Shown here: positions 18,973-28,367 of the stretch, piece by piece
Numbering within the stretch: the first letter of the stretch is position 1
Layout: each line of letters opens with the position of its first letter
Origin: Elusimicrobiota bacterium
Lineage (GTDB): Bacteria > Elusimicrobiota > Elusimicrobia > Elusimicrobiales > UBA9959
Direction of reading: 5' to 3'
DNA length: 30,865 nt
Assembly: GCA_027340875.1 (NCBI GenBank)
Contig: DAIENX010000034.1
Span: 1 to 30,865 of the forward strand
Made by a program: the position numbers and the translations under genes
The notes under the pieces: model-generated
What the model was told of the DNA's origin: nothing
Databases searched by the model: none
Seen by the model: only the letters and a program-made list of their open reading frames with translations

Positions 18973-19880
18973 CCTATATAATCGGCAACCTCGCCCTTAT
19001 TCTGGCGGCCGGCTGGCTGTTCCGGCGTTTCGGCATAGTCGGGGAAGGGGCCGAGAAGTCCTTCAACCAGTACCTTTACTACCTGGCGCTGCCGGCGCTG
19101 ATAATCGTGAAGATCGCCGATACGCCGCTGGGCGGGCTCAGCTGGAAGTTCCTGCTGGCCAATACCCTGCCGCTGGGCGCGGTCATGGCTTCGGCCTGGG
19201 GGCTCTGGAAAGCCGGGAAGATAGACTGGCGGCTGGGGCGTCTGCTGATCATAGTTTCGGCCATGGGGAACACCGTCTATATGGGCTTCCCGGTGGCGGC
19301 CATGCGCATGGGCGAGCAGGCCATAGGCTACGCCGCTATAGCTACTTCCATTCAGAACATCTTCATCTTCACTTTCGGTTTCGCGATGATGGCCCTGGTT
19401 TGCGAGCGGGACTGCCCCCCGTCCCGCTTCATGCGCCTGATCGGACGCAACGTAGTGCTGTGGTCCTCGGTGGCGGGCCTGCTGCTCTCCGCGGCCGGCC
19501 TGCATCTGCCCGAGCTGCTGCACAAGGTCCTGACGGACCTGGGAAAGACCACCCTTCCCCTCTCGGTGTTCACTATAGGGGTAAGCCTGTACGGCAAGAA
19601 GGTGGCGCACAACCTGCCTCGCATCGCGCTGGTCAGCGGCCTGAAGCTGCTGGCCCTTCCGCTCTTCTACCTGCTGACCGCGGCCGTGACAGGCTTCTCC
19701 GGCTTCGTCCCGAAAGTGACCTTCATCGAGATGGTGATGCCCGTGGCGGTGCTCAACTACGTCATAGCCCTCGAGTTCGACTTCGACGCCGACCTGGTCA
19801 GCCAGAGCATACTTTTCTCCACCCTGGTGTTCTTCCCGCTGCTCTATCTCTACGACTGGGCCATGCTCAGGTTCCTCTAG
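18969..19880 (+). CDS. AEC (auxin efflux carrier) family transporter
   Basis: YYLALPAL, GNTVYMGFP, PLSVFTIG, MPVAV, ILFST; about 10 TM segments. ATGA overlap. Confidence 0.9.
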   Translation: MTYIIGNLALILAAGWLFRRFGIVGEGAEKSFNQYLYYLALPALIIVKIADTPLGGLSWKFLLANTLPLGAVMASAWGLWKAGKIDWRLGRLLIIVSAMGNTVYMGFPVAAMRMGEQAIGYAAIATSIQNIFIFTFGFAMMALVCERDCPPSRFMRLIGRNVVLWSSVAGLLLSAAGLHLPELLHKVLTDLGKTTLPLSVFTIGVSLYGKKVAHNLPRIALVSGLKLLALPLFYLLTAAVTGFSGFVPKVTFIEMVMPVAVLNYVIALEFDFDADLVSQSILFSTLVFFPLLYLYDWAMLRFL

Positions 19881-19899
19881 CGGCTGCCATGCCAGACGT

Positions 19900-19927
19900 G
19901 AAAAGAGCCGCTTCCGCGGCTCTTTTC
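19900..19927. terminator. Bidirectional intrinsic terminator
   Basis: GAAAAGAGCCGC-TTCC-GCGGCTCTTTTC, a perfect 12-bp inverted repeat between convergent genes. Confidence 0.88.
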
Positions 19928-19947
19928 TGTTCTACCCGGGTAGTCCC

Positions 19948-21702
19948 TCAGTCTTTGTCTCCCAGCTCCTCGCGCAGCTTCTGGCGCTCGTATATCAGCT
20001 TGTACTGGCCTCCCCGGGCCATAAGCTCGTCGTGGGTGCCCTGCTCGGCAAGCCTGCCGTCCTCCAGCACCAGTATCAGGTCGGAGGTCTCTATCGTCCT
20101 GGCCCTGTGGGTCACGGCCAGGCAGAGCGCGTCCGGGTGCTCCTTGCGGAAGGCCTTCCAGAACAGATGCTCGGTCTGGGCGTCCATCGCGCTGGTGGCG
20201 TCGTCGAGGAGCAGGACGTCGGGGCCGGTCAGCAGGGCGCGGGCTATAGCCACGCGCTGCTTCTGCCCGCCGGAGAGGGCGAAGCCCCTGGTGCCTACCA
20301 CGGTATCGAGCCCCTTTGGGAACTTGTGCAGCTCCTGCCTCAGCTGGGAGGTCTCCAGCGCCTTTTCCAGCATGGACTCGGTGACGCCGAATTTGCGGTC
20401 CATCAGGATGTTGTCGCGCAGGGTGCCGGTGAAGATGGCCGCCTCCTGGGCGGTATAGCCCACCCTCTCCCGGAAGAGGGGCAGGTTCCAGGCGCGGATG
20501 TCGGTCCCGTTTACAAGCATCTCCCCGGCGTCGTGCTCGGAAAGCCGCAGGGCCAGCGAGAGCAGCGTGGATTTGCCCGAGCCTATTTTGCCTACGACGG
20601 CCACCCGCTGGCCGCGCGCCGCCTTGAAAGTGATATCCCGTACCAGCATGGCCTGCCCGTCGGGACTCTTCAGGCCGGCCCTGCGGAACTCGAGCGAGGT
20701 TATGTGGTCCGGCGTGGTCATGTCCCCCAGGTCGTGTTTGAGCGAAGAGCGGGAGGCCAGCAGGTCGTTGACGCGGCGGATGGAGACCCCGGCCCTGTTG
20801 CCGGCCACCACGAACTGGCTGATGTCCATCAGCGGCATGACGACCATGTTGGCGTAGAACTGGAACGCTATCAGCTCGCCTAGCGTCGCCTTCCCGTGTA
20901 TGACCAGCAGGCCGCCGACGGCGTAGAGCAGGGCTATCGAGAGGAACCCCGCTTCGTGCCAGAAATAGGAGAACAGCACCTGTAGTCTGGCGGTGCTGAC
21001 CTCGGCCTCCCGTTGCGCCGCGGTGCGGCCCTTGAAGAAGCCGAGCTGGGAGGACTCCTTCGCGTTGGCCTTGATGACGCGGATGCCGGTGAAGCAGGTT
21101 TCGAGGAAGTCGAAAAGTTCGGTTATGGATTCCTGCAGATCCTTGTACTTCCCGCTGAGCAGGCGGCCCGTCTTCAGGGACAGGAAGAGCACCAGCGGCA
21201 GCGGCGCCAGTACGCAGAGCGCGAAGACGGGATTCAGGTAGAGCATCATCCCGACTATCGCGACGAGCGTGAAGCAGGCCTGCACGAAGCGGAAGACCCC
21301 CGAGCAGGAGAACCAGGAGATCTTCTCGGAGATGTCGTCGGAGAGGCGCGCGACCAGGTCGCCGGTGGTGAAGCGGTGGAAGAAGTTGCGGTCCATGTGA
21401 ACGACGTGGTTGAACACGTCGCGGCGTATCTCCCACTCCAGGCGGGCGTTCATCCAGGCGCGGTTGCGCTGGGCCACCAGGTTGGTGACGAAGAGACCGA
21501 AACCGACCCCGAGTATCAGCATGACATTGTGGCGCAGGTATTCCGGGGTCAGGTTGGCGCTCAGGCCGTTGACGATGTTCTTGATCAGCATCGGGTTGTA
21601 GGCCTGCAGCGCCGCGCTCGCCATACCGAAGACCACGATGACCGTCATCCGCGCCGCGTGCCGGCGCCAGTAGGGGAGCAGCCATTTAAGGGTGAATATC
21701 AT
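19948..21702 (-). CDS. Heterodimeric ABC exporter half-transporter (TMD-NBD), degenerate Walker B
   Basis: TMD plus GKIGSGKS, LSGGQKQR, LLLDDATSAMD, THR. Confidence 0.93.
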   Translation of the reverse strand: MIFTLKWLLPYWRRHAARMTVIVVFGMASAALQAYNPMLIKNIVNGLSANLTPEYLRHNVMLILGVGFGLFVTNLVAQRNRAWMNARLEWEIRRDVFNHVVHMDRNFFHRFTTGDLVARLSDDISEKISWFSCSGVFRFVQACFTLVAIVGMMLYLNPVFALCVLAPLPLVLFLSLKTGRLLSGKYKDLQESITELFDFLETCFTGIRVIKANAKESSQLGFFKGRTAAQREAEVSTARLQVLFSYFWHEAGFLSIALLYAVGGLLVIHGKATLGELIAFQFYANMVVMPLMDISQFVVAGNRAGVSIRRVNDLLASRSSLKHDLGDMTTPDHITSLEFRRAGLKSPDGQAMLVRDITFKAARGQRVAVVGKIGSGKSTLLSLALRLSEHDAGEMLVNGTDIRAWNLPLFRERVGYTAQEAAIFTGTLRDNILMDRKFGVTESMLEKALETSQLRQELHKFPKGLDTVVGTRGFALSGGQKQRVAIARALLTGPDVLLLDDATSAMDAQTEHLFWKAFRKEHPDALCLAVTHRARTIETSDLILVLEDGRLAEQGTHDELMARGGQYKLIYERQKLREELGDKD

Positions 21703-23477
21703 TCTCCCTCCCCGTACTGCAGGCGGTAGTACTTGGAGTAGAGGCCTCCCGCGGCAAGCAGCTCGTCGTGCGTCCCCAGCTCCTTCACCTCGCCGCCGGA
21801 TATCATCATGATGCGGTCCGCGCTCCTGATGGTCGACAGGCGGTGAGCGATTATGATCACGGTCTTGTGCTTCAGCAGGTTCTTGATGGCCGAAGTGATC
21901 AGGCGTTCGGTATGCGGGTCCATGTTGGAGGTGGCTTCGTCGAGCACCAGCACCTCCTGGTCCAGGACCATAGCGCGGGTCAGGGAGATGACCTGCTTCT
22001 CTCCGATGGAGAGGTTGGCGCCTTTTTCCTTGACCTTCTTGTCCAGCGGGTGCTTCTTGAAGAAGGGATCCAGCCCCATCACCCGTATGGCGTCGTGGAC
22101 GCGGCTGTCTGGGATGGAGGCGTCCATCAGCTTCAGGTTGTCCATCACGGTGCCGGGGAACAGGTAGATGTCCTGCTGGACGAGGCCTATCGCCGAGCGC
22201 AGGGAGCCCAGGCTCAGCTTCCGGATGTCGGTCCCGTCTATCTCTATGTGGCCTTTCTGGAAGTCGTAGAAACGGAACAGCAGGCTGGTCACGGTGGTCT
22301 TCCCGCCGCCCGTCTCGCCCAGGATCGCGAGGCTCTGCCCCCGCGGCAGGGAGAAGGAGACGTTCTTCAGCACCCAGGCGGAGTCCTCCTTGTAGCGCAT
22401 CCAGACGCCGCGGAAATCTATGGAGTCTCGGACCGTGGTCAGGAAATGGGGATCTTTCGGCTCCGTAAGGGCCGGCTTGAGGGCCAGTATCTTCGAGATG
22501 CGGTGCCCGGCGGAGAAGGAGCGCTGTATCACGCTCAGGTGCTCGGAGAAGCGGAAGATGGGCTCGAACAGGTAGCCCAGGTACATGACGAACATCACTA
22601 TCACGCCCACGGTGAGCTTTCCCGACATCACCATCTTGCCGCCGATGCCGAAGACGGCGGCTGTGGTCGCCGGATGCAGGAAGACTATCGAGAGGAAGAA
22701 GACCACGTTGAGCAGTTCCACACGCATCTCGGCCGTGAACTTGCGGCGGTTCAGGTCCTCCATCTTCGCCGAAGTGTCCTCCTCGCGGCTGAAGGCCTGC
22801 AGCACGCCGATGCCGTTGAGCTGCTCGGTGAGGAAGCCCGGCACCTCGGCCGCGAGCTTCCGGACCTTGACGTACATCGGGGACGTCACCTTTACGAAGA
22901 TCCAGCCCAGGACGGCGAGGACAGGGAACATGGGGACCAGCATCAGCGTCAGCTTCAGGTTGTAATAGGCCATCACGAAGAACGCGATGGCGAACATCAG
23001 CGCGTCGTTCACGATGGAGATCACGGTGTTAGTGAAAAGGGCGTAGAGAGTGCTGGTGTCGGACTGTACCCTCGCCGTCATGCGGCCCACCGGCATCGAG
23101 GAGTAGAACTCCAGGTCCAGGGACAGCATGTGACCAAGCAGCCGCTCCTTGAGGTCCACTATGAGGTCCTGCCCGGCCCTGGCCAGCTGCACCACCTGCA
23201 GGTAGTTGAAATAGAGGAAAACGACCGTGGTGGCCAGGTACGCGCCGGTGGCCACCAGGAGGGCGGCCGTGTCCCGGGCCGGCAGGGCCGTGTCGATAAC
23301 GTACTTGGCTATGATGGGGACCAGCAGGCTGACCAGAGTGGACACCAGCGTGTAGACGAAGGCGACGGCGAACGGCCCCTTCCGCGAGCGGATGAGCCCG
23401 GACAGGAGACGGAAAGTCTCCTTATAGTTGATGGTTTCCTTCGGGTCCTGCCCGTCGTCGTGGTTGTCGTGGTGCAT
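21699..23477 (-). CDS. Heterodimeric ABC exporter half-transporter (TMD-NBD), degenerate signature
   Basis: TMD plus GETGGGKT, LSIGEKQ, VLDEATSNMD, IAHRLSTI. Confidence 0.93.
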   Translation of the reverse strand: MHHDNHDDGQDPKETINYKETFRLLSGLIRSRKGPFAVAFVYTLVSTLVSLLVPIIAKYVIDTALPARDTAALLVATGAYLATTVVFLYFNYLQVVQLARAGQDLIVDLKERLLGHMLSLDLEFYSSMPVGRMTARVQSDTSTLYALFTNTVISIVNDALMFAIAFFVMAYYNLKLTLMLVPMFPVLAVLGWIFVKVTSPMYVKVRKLAAEVPGFLTEQLNGIGVLQAFSREEDTSAKMEDLNRRKFTAEMRVELLNVVFFLSIVFLHPATTAAVFGIGGKMVMSGKLTVGVIVMFVMYLGYLFEPIFRFSEHLSVIQRSFSAGHRISKILALKPALTEPKDPHFLTTVRDSIDFRGVWMRYKEDSAWVLKNVSFSLPRGQSLAILGETGGGKTTVTSLLFRFYDFQKGHIEIDGTDIRKLSLGSLRSAIGLVQQDIYLFPGTVMDNLKLMDASIPDSRVHDAIRVMGLDPFFKKHPLDKKVKEKGANLSIGEKQVISLTRAMVLDQEVLVLDEATSNMDPHTERLITSAIKNLLKHKTVIIIAHRLSTIRSADRIMMISGGEVKELGTHDELLAAGGLYSKYYRLQYGEGE

Positions 23478-23491
23478 CGTTGGCTCCGCGT

Positions 23492-23525
23492 AAAAAAGGG
23501 CCCGGCGAACGTCCCGGGCCCTTTT
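23492..23525 (-). terminator. Intrinsic terminator after the oxidoreductase operon
   Basis: AAAAGGGCCCGG (23494-23505) / CCGGGCCCTTTT (23514-23525), giving a T6 tail on the minus strand. Confidence 0.8.
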
Positions 23526-23540
23526 CCTCGGTTCCGGGTC

Positions 23541-24080
23541 TCAGTTGACCTTGAACTCCGCCCCGCGCTTCAGGGCCTGCACGTTCAGCGCTATCACGTC
23601 CGGCTTCAGCTTTTTGTAGACCACCGGGAGCGCCTTGGCGATAGCGTCCACGCTGATGGCGCCGGTAGCCGAAGCGAAAGCGCCCATGGCCACCATGTTC
23701 ATGACCTTGGCGTTGCCTAGCTCGCCAGCTATCTGGTTGCAGGGGACGTTCAGCACCTTTATGTCGGTGCGGGTCGGCTTAGAGTTCACCAGCGAGGTGT
23801 TGATTATCAACAGCCCGCCGGGCTTTATCATCGGCTCGAACTTGGCCAGCGACGGCTCGTTGAGCACTATGGCCGTGTCCGGAGTCGAGACTATCGGGGT
23901 GGAGACTTCGTCCGAGGAGACCACCACCGAGCAGTTGGCCGTGCCGCCGCGCATCTCGGCGCCGTAGGCCGGGAAGAAGCTGACCTCCTTCCCCTCCATC
24001 ATGCCGGCCTGGGCCAGCAGTACGCCGGCGGAGATGACCCCCTGGCCGCCGAAACCGGATATCCTTATTCCCTGGTACAT
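23541..24080 (-). CDS. 2-oxoacid:ferredoxin oxidoreductase gamma subunit
   Basis: SGFGGQG, PAYGAEMRGGTANC, NMVAMGA. Confidence 0.95.
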   Translation of the reverse strand: MYQGIRISGFGGQGVISAGVLLAQAGMMEGKEVSFFPAYGAEMRGGTANCSVVVSSDEVSTPIVSTPDTAIVLNEPSLAKFEPMIKPGGLLIINTSLVNSKPTRTDIKVLNVPCNQIAGELGNAKVMNMVAMGAFASATGAISVDAIAKALPVVYKKLKPDVIALNVQALKRGAEFKVN

Positions 24081-24090
24081 GTCAGCCTCC

Positions 24091-24849
24091 TTATTTCTTC
24101 TCCGCGCAGGCGTCCTTGTAGACGCCCAGCGGGAACACCGGCAGCATGCCTTCCGCCACGTACTTGGTGGCCTCGGAAGGGTTGTCGAGGCGGGTGCCCC
24201 AGTTGGTCGGGCACATGCTCAGGACCTCCACCATGGAGAAGCCCTTGCCGTCCAGCTGGTACTGGAAGGCCTTCTTAATGGCGTTCTTGGTCTTTATCAC
24301 GCCCGGCACGGTGTGGACGGTGGTGCGCTCCAGGTAGGAGGCCCCGTCTATCGTGGCCAGCATCTCGCACATCTTGATCGGGTAGCCCGACTGCTTGGCG
24401 GTGCGGCCCTCGACGCAGGTGGTCGCCTTCTGGCCGATCAGCGTGGTCGGGGCCATCTGGCCTCCGGTCATGCCGTAGATCGCGTTGTTCACGAAGATCA
24501 CCGTTATGTTCTCGGAGCGGATGGCCGCGTGGACTATCTCGGCCATGCCGATGGAGGCCAGGTCGCCGTCGCCCTGGTAGGAGAACACCACCGTGTCGGG
24601 CTTGGCGCGCTTGATGCCGGTGGCCTCTGCGGGGCCGCGGCCGTGGGGGCCCTGGATCATGTCGCAGTTGAAGTACGTGTCCGCGAACACGGCGCAGCCC
24701 ACCGGGGCTATGCCTATAGTGCGGCCGCGTATGCCGAGGTCGTCCATCGCCTCGGCGATGACCCGGTGTATCGTGCCGTGGCCGCAGCCAGGGCAGTAGT
24801 GCATCTTGACGTCCAGCAGCGATTCGGGCTTCTTATTGTGCAGCAGCAT
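24091..24849 (-). CDS. 2-oxoacid:ferredoxin oxidoreductase beta (TPP-binding) subunit
   Basis: HYCPGCGHG, HGRG, YQGDGDLASIG, NNAIYGMTGGQMAPT, CPTNWG. Start placed at MLLHNKKP (24849). Confidence 0.95.
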   Translation of the reverse strand: MLLHNKKPESLLDVKMHYCPGCGHGTIHRVIAEAMDDLGIRGRTIGIAPVGCAVFADTYFNCDMIQGPHGRGPAEATGIKRAKPDTVVFSYQGDGDLASIGMAEIVHAAIRSENITVIFVNNAIYGMTGGQMAPTTLIGQKATTCVEGRTAKQSGYPIKMCEMLATIDGASYLERTTVHTVPGVIKTKNAIKKAFQYQLDGKGFSMVEVLSMCPTNWGTRLDNPSEATKYVAEGMLPVFPLGVYKDACAEKK

Positions 24850-25921
24850 ATTCCTTAACCCCCTTCTTGGCGATGTTCTCCAGGGTCTTGAGCACTTCCT
24901 CGGCCGTGATGACGGAAGCACCGGGCTTGGCGTGAAGGTAGACGCTCGCCTTGCCGTTTATCGAGAGCTGTACGTCCTCGACCATCTGCCCCAGGCTCAT
25001 CTCGACCGCTACGAACTTCTTGACGCGGTCGGCGAGCTGGGCCAGGCGGGCCTTCGGGTAGGGCCACAGGGTTATCGGGCGGAAGAGGCCGACCTTCAGG
25101 CCCTTCTCGCGGGCCATCTTCATCGCGGCCATCGAGACGCGGGCGGAGGTGCCGTAGGCCACGATGACGATCTCGGCGTCGTCGATCATGCGCTCCTCGT
25201 ACATCGACTCTTCCTTCTCTATCTGCTTGTAGCGTTCCACGCGGGCCATGACCATCTTCTCCAGCATGCCCTCGCGCAGGTCGTAGGACTTCACGATCCG
25301 CTTCTCGCGGCCGTTGTTGACGCCTATCGCCCAGGTCGGCTCCGTGAATGCCTTGGGGTCGAGCTCCGGGTTCTTGAACTCCACGGGCTCCATCATCTGC
25401 CCGATCAGGCCGTCGGTCAGGACCATCGACGGGATGCGGTACTTGTAGGAGACCTCGAAGCACTTGTGCGGGAAGTTCGCCATCTCGTTGACGCCGTTGG
25501 GCGCCATCACGAAGGTGCGGTAATCGCCGTGGCCGCCGCCGCGGGTGGCCTGCCAGTAGTCGCCCTGCGCCCCGGCTATGTTGCCGAGGCCGGGGCCGCC
25601 GCGCATCACGTTGCCGATGAAGACCGGGAGGTCGGCGCCGGCGCAGTAGGAGATGCCCTCCTGCTTGAGGCTGATGCCGGGGCTGGAGGAGGAGGTCATG
25701 CAGCGCACGCCGGTGGCGGCGGCGCCGTAGATCATGTTGATCGCGGAGACCTCGGACTCGGCCTGGACGAACGCTCCGCCCACCTGCGGCAGGCGCCAGG
25801 ACATATATTCCGGTATCTCGTTCTGCGGGGTTATCGGGTAACCGGCGAAGAAGCGGCAGCCGGCGCGCACGGCGCCTTCGCTGAGAGCCTCGTTGCCTTT
25901 CATCAGTTTCTTTTCAGCCAT
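24833..25921 (-). CDS. vorB: 2-oxoacid:ferredoxin oxidoreductase alpha subunit (2-ketoisovalerate/VorB-like)
   Basis: MKGNEA, FAGYPITPQNE, QAESE, TSSSSPGISLKQEG, RGGPGLG, GGGHGDY. Substrate specificity is not certain. Confidence 0.88.
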   Translation of the reverse strand: MAEKKLMKGNEALSEGAVRAGCRFFAGYPITPQNEIPEYMSWRLPQVGGAFVQAESEVSAINMIYGAAATGVRCMTSSSSPGISLKQEGISYCAGADLPVFIGNVMRGGPGLGNIAGAQGDYWQATRGGGHGDYRTFVMAPNGVNEMANFPHKCFEVSYKYRIPSMVLTDGLIGQMMEPVEFKNPELDPKAFTEPTWAIGVNNGREKRIVKSYDLREGMLEKMVMARVERYKQIEKEESMYEERMIDDAEIVIVAYGTSARVSMAAMKMAREKGLKVGLFRPITLWPYPKARLAQLADRVKKFVAVEMSLGQMVEDVQLSINGKASVYLHAKPGASVITAEEVLKTLENIAKKGVKEYAAAQ

Positions 25922-25932
25922 GGTGTCGCTCC

Positions 25933-26136
25933 TTATTTATAGACCATGATGGCAAGGTCGGGGCAGATGCGGGCGCAGCTCTGGCACGCTATGCAGCAGC
26001 CTTCCTTGGAATCCTTGGCCGGGTAGTAGCCGGTCTTGGAGAACTTGTCGGATCTTTCTATGCACTTCTTGGGACAGACCTGGATACAAAGGTAGCAGCC
26101 TTTGCACCTGTCGACTATCACTTCCATCTTGGGCAT
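25933..26136 (-). CDS. 2-oxoacid:ferredoxin oxidoreductase delta subunit (2x[4Fe-4S])
   Basis: CKGCYLCIQVCP and CIACQSCARICPD. ATG 26136 follows GGAGG. Confidence 0.93.
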   Translation of the reverse strand: MPKMEVIVDRCKGCYLCIQVCPKKCIERSDKFSKTGYYPAKDSKEGCCIACQSCARICPDLAIMVYK

Positions 26137-26261
26137 ATAACCTCCGGTACTGGTGTCGGCGCGGCGGGCGGGGCCGTAAACGTTCGCGCTGGCTGCAGGC
26201 ACCCTGGGGTGCGGAGCGCGATGAGTCAGCCTGGCTTCCGGAAGTCGCGCGGTATAATAAA

Positions 26262-26270
26262 AGTATATCA
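26262..26270 (-). promoter_or_regulatory. Putative extended -10 promoter of the oxidoreductase operon
   Basis: TGATATACT on the minus strand, in the only AT-rich patch upstream of the delta subunit. Confidence 0.5.
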
Positions 26271-26340
26271 AAATTGGCCGGGCATTAATACCCCGCCAGG
26301 GCTGGTGGGATGACGGGAAAATGACGACGGCGGGAGCGGT

Positions 26341-27522
26341 TCAGCCCGCGCGCGAGGCGAGGGCCTCGGCGTAGAGGCGCTTGAGCGCGGCGCCCATGCT
26401 CTCCACGCCGAAACGCGGCAGGCCGTCAGGTCCCGCGGAAAGAGCCCAGTCCCTGGCCGCCAGGCCCATGCGGGCGCGGAGGGCGCGGTCCATCAGCAGT
26501 TTCTCTATGGCCGCCGCCAGCGCCTTCGGGGCGGCCGGCGGCACGGAGAAGCCCGTCTCCCCCTCTTTTATGGTCGACGGCAGGCCGCATACCGAAGTCA
26601 CTACGGCGGGAACCCCCAGCGCCTGGGCTTCCAGCGGGGCTCGCCCCATGGCCTCGTTGAGCGACGGCTGCACGTAGACGTCCAGCGCCGCCGCCAGCTC
26701 GGCCGCGTCCTGGCGGAATCCGGTGAACAGGACGTCGGAGGCGACGCCCTCCGCCGCCGCCAGGCCCCTCAGTTCCTCTTCCAGCGGGCCCCCCCCTATT
26801 ACTACGAACTTGAGCTTCAGGGCCGGCCTGTTCCGGCGTATCGCCGCGGCCGCGCGGATGAAATGCTCGACGCCCTTTACCGGCTCCAGCCTGGCGATGG
26901 TCCCGACCGCCAGTTCGTCCGGGGCGACCCCGATGTCGCGCTTGGCGGCCGGGAAGGCCGGCGTTTCGAAGTGGACTCCGCTGTGGATGACCCGCCACTG
27001 CGCCGGCGTGCCGATGCCCGCGTCCAGGGATTCTTCCCTCTCTCCGGGGGTCAGCGCCACAAGATAGTCGGTGAAGCGGGCCAGCAGCCTCTCCGCCAGG
27101 CGGAAGACCGCGGTCTTGAACGGCCCGTAATAGCCGTAGAGCAGGTGGCCGTGGGGCGTATGTATGACAACCGGCCTCCTCCGCCATCCGGAGAGGAAGG
27201 CCGCTATGCGCCCGAGGGCTCCGGCCTTCGAGGTATGGGTGTGGACGATGTCGGGCGACAGGCGCTTCAGCTCCCGGCGCAGCTCCAGCAGGGCCGAAAG
27301 ATCGTTCCAGGGCGAGATCTCGCGTTTCAGGGCCGGCACCTCGATGTAGCTGACCTCTTTAGGGAGCCGGCCCGCCAGAGCGGCGGAGTCCTTGTGCGGC
27401 CCGGAGATCAGCACCACGTCGCTGTCCGCCGCCTGCGAGGCGCAGGAATCCACGGTGTTGGTGCTGGAGCCGCCCGGCTCCAGCCTGGTGATAACGTGCA
27501 CTATCAGCGGCCTCTCAGGCAT
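26341..27522 (-). CDS. Glycosyltransferase family 4 protein
   Basis: HVITRLEPGG, PDIVHTHTSKAG, HTPHGH, ARLEPVKG, PSLNEAMGRAPLEAQALG. Confidence 0.93.
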   Translation of the reverse strand: MPERPLIVHVITRLEPGGSSTNTVDSCASQAADSDVVLISGPHKDSAALAGRLPKEVSYIEVPALKREISPWNDLSALLELRRELKRLSPDIVHTHTSKAGALGRIAAFLSGWRRRPVVIHTPHGHLLYGYYGPFKTAVFRLAERLLARFTDYLVALTPGEREESLDAGIGTPAQWRVIHSGVHFETPAFPAAKRDIGVAPDELAVGTIARLEPVKGVEHFIRAAAAIRRNRPALKLKFVVIGGGPLEEELRGLAAAEGVASDVLFTGFRQDAAELAAALDVYVQPSLNEAMGRAPLEAQALGVPAVVTSVCGLPSTIKEGETGFSVPPAAPKALAAAIEKLLMDRALRARMGLAARDWALSAGPDGLPRFGVESMGAALKRLYAEALASRAG

Positions 27523-28363
27523 GCGCGCGCTCCACCGCCCCGGCCTGGGCGGCGCTCAGGCAGGCGCAGAAGACGAAGATGATGCCGGAGATGTAGATCC
27601 AGAGCATAAGGGCCATCAGGCCCCCGAAAGCCCCGTATATCGCGTTGAGCGAGGCGAAATGCCGGAGATAGAAGACGAAGACGCTCTGGGCGGCGTAGAG
27701 GAGCAGCGTCGCCAGGAAAGCGGCGAGCCGCACTTCCGCGTAGCTGGTCCTGCGGTGCGGGGCCAGGCGGTAGAAGAAGGCCAGGCACAGGTAGACGGCC
27801 GCCCAGGGCAGGGCGAAAAGGGCCAGGCGGTGCGCCGCCGGAACGATGACGGTGGAATGGAGGAGACCGGCCGCCAGCTTGGCCGCCATCGGTATTCCTA
27901 TGCCGGCCAGCACGGCGAAGGCCGTTACGGCCAGCACGGCGAGGCTTTTCAGCGGGAGCTTCCACCAGTTGGTCCCCTGCGTGCCCCAGGCCCGGTTCGC
28001 GGCCTGTATCAGCGTCGTGAAGACCTGGGAGGCCGTCCACACCAGCATCAGGAGGGCCACCGCGCTAGCCTGCCCCCTGGCCTGCGCCAGGCGGCTCAGG
28101 GTCTGGAATACCACCCTGTTGGTCCCGGCCCCGTACGGGACGAAGTTCTCTATGAAGTCCAGGACGAGGTAGGAGGCTTCCCCGGGCGACAGGAAGTAGG
28201 ACGCGGCGCTGACCGTCAGCAGGATGCCGGGGAAGAGCGAGAAGAAGGCGCTGTACGCGAAAGCGGCCGCGCGCTGGAGCCCGTCGATATGCAGGAACCT
28301 CCGCCAGGCGGCGTCTAGCACCGCCCAGGCGTGGTGGACCCCCCTCCTCGTTTCCCTTCGCAT
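27515..28363 (-). CDS. YihY/BrkB family membrane protein
   Basis: AAAFAYSAFFSLFP, NRAWG, FYRLAP, NAIYGAFGG....LWIY. Confidence 0.9.
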   Translation of the reverse strand: MRRETRRGVHHAWAVLDAAWRRFLHIDGLQRAAAFAYSAFFSLFPGILLTVSAASYFLSPGEASYLVLDFIENFVPYGAGTNRVVFQTLSRLAQARGQASAVALLMLVWTASQVFTTLIQAANRAWGTQGTNWWKLPLKSLAVLAVTAFAVLAGIGIPMAAKLAAGLLHSTVIVPAAHRLALFALPWAAVYLCLAFFYRLAPHRRTSYAEVRLAAFLATLLLYAAQSVFVFYLRHFASLNAIYGAFGGLMALMLWIYISGIIFVFCACLSAAQAGAVERAHA

Positions 28364-28367
28364 CGCG

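Noticed and set aside
21768..23720. Long antisense or alternate-frame ORFs (e.g. 650 aa here, 635 aa at 13547-15454, 602 aa at 19877-21685, 470 aa at 28224-29636)
   Set aside because: They shadow well-supported genes, carry no recognisable motifs, and are expected from GC-rich codon bias.
26137..26271. 45-aa N-terminal extension of the delta subunit
   Set aside because: A strong GGAGG precedes ATG 26136, and the extension covers the promoter and leader.
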